A stretch of DNA of 63,997 bases, filler included, from Malassezia furfur (lineage: Eukaryota), in NCBI GenBank assembly GCA_052055015.1. It is 13 parts of 13 records of this genome, joined end to end, with 100 filler letters (N's around TTAATTAATTAA, not from the genome) between each part and the next. Parts side by side here need not be neighbours in the genome. Positions count along the whole stretch, not along the records: positions 50,872 to 55,784 come from JBQJIT010000641.1; positions 55,885 to 60,786 come from JBQJIT010000642.1; positions 60,887 to 63,997 come from JBQJIT010000806.1; 10 more parts are not named here. The stretch is one strand, 5' to 3'. Position 1 is the stretch's first letter. Every line of letters begins with the position of its first letter. Under the pieces are notes generated by a model. The model saw nothing but the letters and a program-made list of their open reading frames with translations. It searched no databases and had not been told where the DNA came from. Shown here one piece after another: positions 55,228-63,997 of the stretch. A program made the position numbers and the translations under genes.

Positions 55228-55784
55228 CTAAGCAGCGGCGTGCGCACCACGCCCTCCGCGGTGGCCACCGTGGCCGCGCGGGGCACCGCCGCGTTCGGCG
55301 GGGCCGCGGCGTTTCTCAATCTGCACAGTCGACGCACCCACCTGCAGAGAGCCCGCTGCCAACGCCTTGCGTGCGGCCTCAGGCGCAGTGAACTCGACAA
55401 ATGCAAAGCCCTTGGCGGCGTTAACCTGGCATTCCTTGGTCGCGCCAAACTGCGCCTCGAGCGCCTGCTTCAAGGCGTCGTTTGCGGCGAGCTCCGGAGC
55501 GACGTTCTTCACAAACACCTGCGCACCCGGCACGGCACCAGCCGCGCCCCCGGCCTGGGCACCGCGTGCGGGCTTTGCGCCAGCGCCCGCAGCAGCGGCG
55601 GGCTGCGCAGCCGTAGCGGACGCGGCCAGCGCCGCAGCCGGCTTTCCGCCCGCAGGCGCAGGCGCAGACGACCATTTGCCTGCGCCCGTCGCTGCAAGGT
55701 TCGCCCATGTCTTGCGCGCCGGCTGCTGCTGCTGCGCCGGGGCTGGGGCAGCGGCCGGCTCCGAGGCGGACGCCGCGGGCGCGA
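55228..55784 (-). CDS. G3BP/Bre5/Nxt3-like protein, C-terminal RRM + RGG fragment
   Basis: KTWANLAA motif, RRM (VFVKNV, KGFAFVEF) and RGG tail. Confidence 0.75.
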
Positions 55785-55884
55785 NNNNNNNNNNNNNNNN
55801 NNNNNNNNNNNNNNNNNNNNNNNNNNNNTTAATTAATTAANNNNNNNNNNNNNNNNNNNNNNNNNNNNNNNNNNNNNNNNNNNN
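55785..55884. other. Artificial contig spacer
   Basis: Same linker. Confidence 0.99.
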
Positions 55885-56056
55885 ACGAGGCGTCCGCGAC
55901 GCTCTCGCCGGGGCACGACCTGCTGATGCCCCTGTCGCCAGCCCAGCTGCCGTAGCGCTTATCGAGATACCGATAGGGAGTGATCGGGCGTGCCCGATTG
56001 GATCAGCCTTGGCGCCTTTGCTTATCTTGGCACGGTGCGGCGTGTGACTGTCCTTC

Positions 56057-56584
56057 ATGCCATTCCTCGAGCATTTCCAGCGCGGGAAGAAGACGGAGCG
56101 GGAGGACACGCCGGAGCGCGGCCGCACCATGACTGGGACGGGCCGCGGCGGCGCCGGAAACGTGCGTGAAATCGGCTTACCCCAGATCCATTACGCAAGC
56201 AAGAACGCCACGAACGACGAGGACGACGCGCCCAAGGAGACGCCGGCTATCATGCACGTCGGCCGCGGTGGCGTCGGCAACGTGCGCTCCCCGTCGCGTG
56301 ACCCCATGGACCGGCGCCGTGAGGAGCGCGACGAGCGCGAGCTCGACGAGATGCAGGACGCCGAGCTTCGGCAGCACGTACACGCGACGGGGCGTGGCGG
56401 CCGCGGCAACGTGCCCATCGCCAACGATGAGGAGCGCGGACGCAACACCGCACCCTCGGGACCCGCCCGCGTCGCAGGACTCGTTCGGTCCTTGTCGCGC
56501 TCGCGCTCGCGCGAGCCGTCCGACGCAAGGCGCCGCGAAAGCTCCACGACGCGCCGTTCCAACCTGAACCAGGTCGCAGAGTAG
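56057..56584 (+). CDS. GRGGxGN-repeat protein (DUF3602/Par32-like)
   Basis: TGRGGAGNV, VGRGGVGNV and TGRGGRGNV. Confidence 0.75.
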   Translation: MPFLEHFQRGKKTEREDTPERGRTMTGTGRGGAGNVREIGLPQIHYASKNATNDEDDAPKETPAIMHVGRGGVGNVRSPSRDPMDRRREERDERELDEMQDAELRQHVHATGRGGRGNVPIANDEERGRNTAPSGPARVAGLVRSLSRSRSREPSDARRRESSTTRRSNLNQVAE

Positions 56585-56629
56585 GGGCACAAACATATGG
56601 GATTGGGCTCGGTTATTGCAAGGGAATAG

Positions 56630-58875
56630 TTAATCGGTAGGTTCATCTAGGAAGAGCACATCACGCGAGGGGCTGGGGCGGCCCTGCGGATCGTGGGGTA
56701 GCACCAGCGCGACCCGCTGCGGCGCCGCACGCCGCCCGTTCGCCCGGAATTTCTTGTAGTTGCGCACCGCCGGCGCGCCGGGGGGCGCCGCACGCACAAG
56801 CGGCGCGTACCGCACCTGCACAAACGACGTGCGCTGCAGCGACGTGTCCATCGACGCACTCGGTGGGGTCGCCGAGCGTGCACGTGAATCCGGTGCGCCC
56901 GGGGGGGTCGCCGAGCGTGGGGGGGGTATAGGAGACGGCGAACGATCCGCCCCGGCCGCGCCATCTGTGGCCGGCGGGGGGGTGTGCGCCGCCGGTGTGG
57001 GGCGCTCGTGCCCGGACTGCGACGGCGTAGGCACCGACGCAGCGCGCGGCGGCTCCTGCGTCAGACCAAACAGCTCGTCCAGGAGCAGCGAGCGCCGCGC
57101 CTGCCGCGTTCCGGCGAGGCGCTGCAGCGCAGTGGGCGGCGGCGTGCTCGATACAGGCGCACGCCCTGACTCGGCATGGTCCTGGAAAGGACCGGTCGCA
57201 GGCGGCAGCGCACGCACCTCGTCCGCATGCCACGGCGTCTCGGCGCTAGACACGCCAGGTGCCGTGCTCTGGAATGTCTCGCGCTCAGGTAGGGGTATAG
57301 GATCGGGCGACGCCGCACGATGCGCCGCGCATGGCGAGTCGGCCGGCGAGTCGGGCGCCCCAGTGGACGACCCACGCCGCGGTGCGGCCGGCGGCTGGAA
57401 GGCACGCAGGGCCCCATGCTCTGGCTCGGCGCCAGCGCCTTCGAGGGTCGGATCGGTAATGTCCTCCAGGCTCGGGCTGTCCGACAATGGCATCTCCTCT
57501 GTGAGGTCCATCGTCACATCGTGGGGCCGCTGCTCCGGCGAGTACAGCGAAATGTCGCCCGCGTAGACGGCCGGGCCGGCAGGCTGCGTCGGCGGAAACA
57601 CGTCCAGGTCCTCCTCGTGCCGCGCTTCGTCGGCGGGTGCACTGGGCGGGGAGGCGCGCGCTTGGGTCCCAGAAAGGAGCAGCGTCGCATCGTCCTCGGG
57701 ATCATGCGCGCCCTGTCCTGCGACGTACAGCTCCGCACACGACTGTGCCTCGAGGATGCACTCGGCGACGGCCGTCACGCCCTGCGGCATCACACGGATC
57801 CGGGAGCTGCGTAAATCGGCCACGTACCGCTGTGCCGCCTCGGCCACAGTCGCGGCCCAGGGCGCCGCCGCGTCGCCGCACAGCACGTATGTCTCCTGCA
57901 CAGGCACGGGGGTCGACTGGGCGGCCCAGTGAGCGTCGGCCGCCGCCTGTGCTTCGCGCAGCATCTGCTCGGCATCACGCACCGTGTGCAGCGGATGCCT
58001 TCGGAGGTCGTGCACCACGACGTGGCCCTCGGCCGCAACGGCCAGTTGCTCGAAGTCCGTCTGCGTTAGTCGGGGACCTACATAGCGCCGCTCGAGGCCA
58101 GGGAGCACAAACACCAGCGTCGTGCCTCGGAAGAGCGTCGCGCGCTTCGGCGACGGCGCGAGCTGCGACGTGGACAGCGGCGTATCGAGCGCAATACGCG
58201 CGTCCAGCGGCGGAACGTACAGTCGGCTGTCCGGCCACGCACTTTCCGCCGGACACGCGATGGCGGCCTCGACGTACGCAGCCGTCACAATGGGGATCCC
58301 GCGGACGAGTGCAAGCAGCTGGGTGCGGTTGGGACGGACGTGCGCGACGCACAGGTGCGTGCAGCGCACGTCCAGCGACTCGCGCACCACCACCAGGTGC
58401 ACGCCGCTCGCGCACGCCCGGCGGCGGACGTCCTCGGCTTCGAGCGACGGCACCCGGACAATGCCGACCGTGCATGGCACCCAATGTAGCTCGAGGGACA
58501 CGTCGTTCACGAGGCGGACGCGCGCGCGGTCGGTGAGCGGAATAGGCGTCTCGACGCGGATGCGCTGCTCCACGCGGTTTTTTCCACGGTACGTCTCGAC
58601 CAGAGAGCCCGTTTTGCTGCGCGCGTGCATGATCCAGCACACTTGGGGGATATACGAGGGATCGCCGAGCTGCTCGGCCGTCATCGACGCGACCTGCAGC
58701 GTGCCTGCCATACGGCTCACCCGGAGCATCGGTATACATAGGTCCACGGCGCCCTCTTTGCGGCCCACCGTGTACTCGCGGCCCGTATGGAGGACGCGTG
58801 AAGTTGGCGGCGCTGCGCGTGAGGGCAGGCAGACGTACCATCCTCGCCATCGAACCACGAGTGCACGAACCACAT
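56630..58875 (-). CDS. NBS1: Nibrin/Nbs1 (FHA-BRCT, MRN complex)
   Basis: Spliced start MWFVHSWFDGEDAPP, FHA (YTVGRK, VSR, SKTGS), BRCT (CTHL...ALVRGIPIVT) and C-terminal NYKKFR Mre11-binding-like motif. Introns at 58813-58838, 58061-58081 and probably 57807-57827. Confidence 0.8.
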
Positions 58876-59297
58876 CCACGCCGGGCTCTGGCGGCCTCCA
58901 CCCGTCAAGAAGGTGGATGTGGGCCAATTTGGCCAATTGTCCCCCTCCACTCGTAGTCCAGACGAGGAGCGAAGACGTCGATGGTGACAAGGTGGCAGAA
59001 TGCGCGCCTCGTACGCACACGCTGTCCAATCCAGGCACCCCCTTGTGACGCCCATAGACATGGTGGACCGTGCCGTTAGCAGGATCGTCCATTGCGCCCA
59101 TTGACACAGATTTTCTCTCTACGTATGGCCCGGCCAAGGCCCCCGTGTACATCGCGTACACACCTCCCCTCTATAGGACCTCGCTCACACTTGCTGGGCC
59201 GCCGCCGAGTCTCCGCGGCGCGGTCCGCAGGCGCGTGGGCGCAGCGCGTCCTGCGTCGATGTGGAGGATCCGCGCGTGGGGCGCGCGCCGACGGCGT

Positions 59298-59305
59298 GTC
59301 ACGTG
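59298..59305. promoter_or_regulatory. GTCACGTG E-box upstream of GGA
   Basis: 31 bp before ATG 59337. Confidence 0.5.
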
Positions 59306-59336
59306 CCCGAGAGGACGCGGCTTGTGCTCAGCGGTG

Positions 59337-60786
59337 ATGTACAACTATCGGCCGCGGGACGGGCGGCCACAGCCGTACTTGAGCCGGTCTTCGGGCATGC
59401 GCACGTCCGAGTGGGGCGCGCGCAGCCTCGACTTGGATGTGCGCCTGACGCCGATCCAGTCGTATGTCGGTACGTGTGTCTACTGACGAAGAACGCTGCT
59501 GTGAATCCGGTTCGGAGACGCTCAACTTGCCGCTTGCGCTCGAGCTCGCCGACTATGTGAACACAAAACGCGCAAACAGTGCGCGCGAAGCCGTATTTGA
59601 GACGCTTGGAAAAATCAACTCGCGCGTGCCGCACGTCGGCCTGCTCGGCCTCGATGTACGTAGTCCGTTCGGCTGACCCAGCTCCTCGACATTCTCGTGA
59701 AGAACTGCGGGTACCCCGTGCACCTCCAGCTCGGCACGAAAGAGTTTCTGAACGGGCTCGTGCGCCGCTTCCCGGAGCGCCCGCCGATGCACCCGAGCCC
59801 TGTGATGATCAGAATTCTCGAGATGATCCACGAATGGCGGCAGACGATCTGTGTCACGAGCAAGCACAAGGAAGACCTCGTCCACATCCGCGACATGCAC
59901 CGGCTTCTCATGTACAAAGGCTACCGGTTTCCCCGGGTGGATGCGCGCAACGCGTCTGTGCTCAACAACGATACGGCGCTGCAGTCGCCCGAGGAGCTCG
60001 AAGAGGAGAACCGCATTGCCCAAGGCGCCAAGCTCCAGGAGCTGATCCGGCGCGGCACGCCGCGGGACCTGCAGCAGGCTCAGGAGCTGATGAAGATCAT
60101 GTCGGGCGCCGAGCCCGAGGCCAACGCGCAGACCAAGCATGTGATCAAGGAGCTCGACAAGGTGCAAGCGCGTGCGAAGCTGCTCAACGACATGCTCGAC
60201 CAGGCGAAGCCCAACGAGAAGTTTGTCTCGGGCGACGCCTATGACCAAGTCGCGTCGAACCTGCGCAGTGTCCAGCCGCGACTGCAAAAGTGGATCAACC
60301 AGGCCGAGGAGGAGGAATCCGACCAGCTCCAGCGGTTCCTCGAGGTGAACGACCTGATCAACCAGTCCCTCACGCGCTACGATGCGCTCTTGGGCGGTGA
60401 CACGACCAAGGCGCAAAAGTCCAAGGCCAAGATTGATCTGATCTCGTTTGACGACGAGGAAGAAAGCGCCAGCGCACCGCCGCCCGCGCAGGCGTCGTCC
60501 TCCAACCTGGGCGCGCTCGACGAGCTGGCTTCGCTGTCGCTCGGCGGCGCTGATGCGCCACATGTCTCGCGCTCCGTCGCGGCGCAGGCGGCGAGTGCGG
60601 CACCGACGCCGGCGCCGCCACCGCAGCTGCCGCCGCCGCACGACGCGCCCGCGCCAAAGCCTGCGCTGTCGATCGACGACATCATCCGGCGTGCGAACGA
60701 GGCGAACGAGGCGCAGCAGCGGCTCGAGGCCGAGGAAGCCGCGCGTGCCGCGCAGGCCGCGGCGGACGCCGAGGCGCGCGCGGCGA
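59337..60786 (+). CDS. GGA-type VHS-GAT adaptor, 3' partial
   Basis: LALELADYVN, LLDILVKNCGYPVHLQ, RRFPERPP, HIRDMHRLLMYKGY and AKLQELIRRGTPRDL. Introns at 59470-59491 and 59656-59681. Confidence 0.92.
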
Positions 60787-60886
60787 NNNNNNNNNNNNNN
60801 NNNNNNNNNNNNNNNNNNNNNNNNNNNNNNTTAATTAATTAANNNNNNNNNNNNNNNNNNNNNNNNNNNNNNNNNNNNNNNNNNNN
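60787..60886. other. Artificial contig spacer
   Basis: Same linker. Confidence 0.99.
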
Positions 60887-61101
60887 CGCCGTCACCGGCG
60901 CCGCAGCCGAAGCCCGCAGCGAGCAAGCCGAGCGCCTTTGACCTGCTGGGCGACTTTGATGACGCACCCGCACCCTCTCCGAGCGTCGCAGCATCCACCC
61001 CACGCGCCGGCACCCCCAGCGCGGCGCCGATGGGCACGCCGAGCGCCGCGCAAGCCGCCGCGCCGCACGACCCCTTTGCGGGGCTCGACTTGCTCAGGTA
61101 G
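60887..61101 (+). CDS. C-terminal fragment with DLL and DPF adaptor-type motifs
   Basis: ...KPSAFDLLGDFDD...HDPFAGLDLLR*. Confidence 0.6.
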
Positions 61102-61105
61102 TAGG

Positions 61106-61113
61106 CACGTGAT
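61106..61113. promoter_or_regulatory. ATCACGTG E-box in the 36-bp spacer before the PPR gene
   Basis: CACGTGAT followed by a T8 tract. Confidence 0.5.
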
Positions 61114-61137
61114 ACCTTTTTTTTGGAAGCTTCCCCC

Positions 61138-63786
61138 ATGTGGCGACGCACGGTGCCGACGGTGGTGCGTGCGGTGCGCCGCGCGCCTGTGCGTGCGGTG
61201 CACGCAAGCGCCGTGCTCGGCGCACGTACGCCGCGCAGCAGCTCGCTCCGTGCGCGCGAGTCGGAGCTGCAGCAGGAGATTGCGCAGCTCGAGCGCGAGC
61301 TGCAGTTTGTGGAGAAGCAGGAACAGGTCGCGCGGCTCACGGCGCATCTGCCGCCCGTGGACGACGCGCTGCTCGAGGCGATCTATCGCGACCTGCTCGA
61401 AGCGCCCAAGGCGCCCGAGGTGAAGCGCCTTCCCGATCCGACGCCGCGCGCCCTCGAGCGCCTCGCGTTGCGGCTCGGCATGCACGCAGAGCTCGACGTA
61501 CAGGACGCGCCGATGGACGCGGCGGCGGACGTGGAGAGCGAAGCGCCACGATCGGTAGACTCGCCAGGCAGTGCTGCAGAGGAGGCGGTCGCGGGGGTCG
61601 GTGACGACACGGAGCGCCCTGCCGAGCGTGACGTGCCGACCGACGCGCCGACCGACGCGCCCGACGTGCCCGGCGACATGGCAGCGCGCGCCGAGCGGCA
61701 CGTCGCGGAGCGCGCCGAACGCGCCGCACGCCGTGCCGAAATGCTCGAGCGTCTGCGTGCGTACGTGGCAGATGACGTGGATCGCGACGTCGAGACGGTG
61801 CTCGAGGTGGACGCGAGCGCTGCGGCGCCCGCGTCGCACGACGACACGCTCCTGCCCGACGTCCCTGCAGACGAGTGGGCCGCTCTGGCCGTGTCGAGTG
61901 CGCACGACGGCGATTTAGAACAGACGCTCGCTACGCTTGATCTGATGGCAGCGAGCGGCAGTGCGCCGGCGCCCACGCTCTACGCGCATGTCCTGAACGC
62001 ATTTGCGAACCGCGGCGCCATCGATGCGTGCGTTGCGCTGAGTGCACGCATGGAAGAGCGCGGGATTGTGGCCGGCGCGCCGATGAAGCACGCGATGGTC
62101 AAAGCATACGTGTACGGCGACGAGCTCTACTCTGCGCTGCAGTACCTGCAGGCATGGGAGACGAGCGAGCCGGCGCCCGTGTCGGCGTACACGGTGCTGA
62201 TGGAGCACCTGCTCAAGCACCCCGTGCGTGGCCTCCACAGCCTCGCATGGTCGCTGTTCTACCACATGCGCCTCGTCGCGCACCCGGTCCCGGATGCGGC
62301 GGCGTTTGCGCTGATGATCCGCGCGTGCGCCGCCGGTGTGCCGCAGCCAGGCGCGCGTGTGCGCGGTGCGCCCGAGGCGGATGCGGAGCGTGCGCTCGAC
62401 CTGTTCCGCGAGATGACGACGCGGCATGCGATCCGGCCGAACAAGGAGGTGTACGACAGTTTGATTTTGACGTGTGCGCGGCGCAAGGAGCACTATGGCG
62501 ACGCCGTGCGCCTCGTGCGTGAGCTGCTGGACCAGTCGTCCGAGATCCTCGCGCCCGAGACGAAGCGCGCCATGTGGGCCGATACCTATACCTTTAATGC
62601 CCTGCTGCAAGGGAGTGCACGTACCGGCGACCTGCGCACGGCGCGCTGGGTGCTCGCCGAGATGCTACGCGCGACGTACGACGGCGACGTACACTGCCGC
62701 GTCAACGAAGAGACGATGGCCAACGTGTTTTGGGCGTACGCGACGTATGTGCCGCCGCTGCGCTCCGACCAACTTCGCACGGCCCAGGTGGAGGGCGGCG
62801 CCAAGGGGACTGAGGGGGCCAAGGGGGCGGTCGCAGCGGGTGCGACTGCCGCCGACGCTGCCCCCGCCGATGGCCCCGCCGCCATCGACGCCGTTGACGC
62901 CGCCGACACCGAGGTGGCGCCGTCGACGTCGGTTGCCGACGCCGCCTCCGAGCCGGCCGAGTACGACCCCCCGCCCATGTTCACGCACGCGATGCCGCAG
63001 ACGGCGCAAGAGGTGCTGGGCGAGGCGCGTGCGCTCCTCGCGCGCATCCTCGCCGACCAACGTGCGCCCGACGCCTCGCTCGCGGACCATCCGCTGCACA
63101 CGGTCCACGTCACGCCGCGGCTGCTCAATGCGTTCCTGGCGGTGCTCACGCACCACCTGCCCGCCGAGCAGCAGCTGCGTGCGCTCGTTGACGCCGTCGA
63201 GGGCGCCGACGGCGTGTTTGCGCAGGCGGGCGTCGCGCCCAATGGGCACACGCATGCGCTTGTGCTGGAGGCGTGTGCCGCGAGCCGTGCGCGGTCCGAG
63301 GCAGACAGCGTGGCGGACCGAGTGTGGGCGCGGTACGAGGCGCTTGTCGCCGAGGCGCCGAATGCGCCGTCGGCCGGCACGGACGCCAAGACGCTGGCGA
63401 AAATGTGGGCGCTGTACATCCGCAACAAGGCGAAGTCGTTCGAGATCGATGCGGCGCTCGAGCTGCTACGGACGTTCTACGCACGCTATCCCCCCCGACC
63501 ACGCGGCACGGAGCGCACAGAGCGCGACGGCGAGCGGGCGCCGCCGCGGCCCGCGCCGAGTGTCGACCTGATGCCGGTGCCGCCGCCGCGCGCGACGCTC
63601 GACCTGCTCGCGAGCGTGCACGGGATGCACGCCTCTGCGCCGCACTACCCCCCGCTCGCGCCCGCGCGCCCCACGCTGCGGTTCCGCGAGCTCGAGCTGC
63701 TCCACCACCGGTGTGTGGCGCTGCGGCGCACCGACGGCGTGCGCCTGATTACCCACGTGGACCGTGCATATACCCACGCGACGTAG
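61138..63786 (+). CDS. Mitochondrial pentatricopeptide-repeat protein (Ccm1-like)
   Basis: Arg-rich presequence and PPR motifs (PDAAAFALMIRACA, ALDLFREM, PNKEVYDSLILTCA, DTYTFNALLQG). Confidence 0.85.
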   Translation: MWRRTVPTVVRAVRRAPVRAVHASAVLGARTPRSSSLRARESELQQEIAQLERELQFVEKQEQVARLTAHLPPVDDALLEAIYRDLLEAPKAPEVKRLPDPTPRALERLALRLGMHAELDVQDAPMDAAADVESEAPRSVDSPGSAAEEAVAGVGDDTERPAERDVPTDAPTDAPDVPGDMAARAERHVAERAERAARRAEMLERLRAYVADDVDRDVETVLEVDASAAAPASHDDTLLPDVPADEWAALAVSSAHDGDLEQTLATLDLMAASGSAPAPTLYAHVLNAFANRGAIDACVALSARMEERGIVAGAPMKHAMVKAYVYGDELYSALQYLQAWETSEPAPVSAYTVLMEHLLKHPVRGLHSLAWSLFYHMRLVAHPVPDAAAFALMIRACAAGVPQPGARVRGAPEADAERALDLFREMTTRHAIRPNKEVYDSLILTCARRKEHYGDAVRLVRELLDQSSEILAPETKRAMWADTYTFNALLQGSARTGDLRTARWVLAEMLRATYDGDVHCRVNEETMANVFWAYATYVPPLRSDQLRTAQVEGGAKGTEGAKGAVAAGATAADAAPADGPAAIDAVDAADTEVAPSTSVADAASEPAEYDPPPMFTHAMPQTAQEVLGEARALLARILADQRAPDASLADHPLHTVHVTPRLLNAFLAVLTHHLPAEQQLRALVDAVEGADGVFAQAGVAPNGHTHALVLEACAASRARSEADSVADRVWARYEALVAEAPNAPSAGTDAKTLAKMWALYIRNKAKSFEIDAALELLRTFYARYPPRPRGTERTERDGERAPPRPAPSVDLMPVPPPRATLDLLASVHGMHASAPHYPPLAPARPTLRFRELELLHHRCVALRRTDGVRLITHVDRAYTHAT

Positions 63787-63812
63787 CTCCGTAGTCCGTG
63801 CGCCCTGGGACG

Positions 63813-63997
63813 ATGGCCGCGCGCGACGCCCGCGGCGCGGGTCTCGTCTCGTTCAACCTGCTCGATGACCGCGACGAGCGGCGTGCGGCGCCGGGCGCAT
63901 TCGCGTCGCTGTTTGACCGGATGCGCGCGGCGTTTGTGACGCACGCCGAGCGCGACGCGGCGCCGGCCCCTGAGCGCGACGCGGCGCCCGCGATGGC
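63813..63997 (+). CDS. N-terminal fragment running off the window (MAARDARGAGLVSFNLLDD...FASLFDRMRAAF); weak resemblance to Fab1-type N-termini
   Basis: ATG 26 bp after the PPR stop, open to the window end. Confidence 0.4.
   Translation, partial: MAARDARGAGLVSFNLLDDRDERRAAPGAFASLFDRMRAAFVTHAERDAAPAPERDAAPAM

Noticed and set aside
58876..59161. N-terminal 100 aa of the 843-aa ORF as part of Nbs1
   Set aside because: Nbs1 proteins begin directly with the FHA domain (MW...). A spliced start at 58875 fits better and the upstream part lacks codon bias.
5124..60842. TTAATTAATTAA recurring about every 5 kb as a biological repeat or CRISPR-like array
   Set aside because: It is always centred in exactly 88 Ns and is a standard six-frame-stop assembly linker.

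Overview
Eukaryotic, fungal sequence: very GC-rich, extremely gene-dense, with tiny spliceosomal introns. It is most consistent with a Malassezia-type basidiomycete yeast (inferred from gene content and architecture, not from a database search). The window is not one locus. It is 13 short contigs joined by identical 100-bp spacers (44 N + TTAATTAATTAA + 44 N). The first 12 contigs fall in strictly decreasing length (5079 to 4902 bp), so gene order across spacers is not biological. About 40 complete or partial, mostly housekeeping, protein genes are present, including GAA1, COQ3, VPS36, a GH3 beta-glucosidase, NOG2, GGT, UTP20, GPI11, TRA1, DIS3, NDK, RPC37, SPC105/KNL1, SAP18, RPS12, MTG2, TMS1, FOL1, XRN1, a patatin lipase, BUD6, SEY1, NBS1, GGA and a PPR protein. 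I see no rRNA, tRNA, CRISPR array, transposon or clear novel multi-gene system. The most notable signals are: (1) 31 manually inferred introns of only 21-37 nt (median 24, floor 21) with a fused branchpoint/acceptor motif; (2) a recurrent RTCACGTG (Cbf1-like E-box) in the very short promoters; (3) an unexplained, self-complementary 675-bp stretch between TMS1 and FOL1 that may be a structured non-coding RNA; (4) probable assembly errors (TRA1 head-on junction, KNL1 frameshift, GPI11 duplication).
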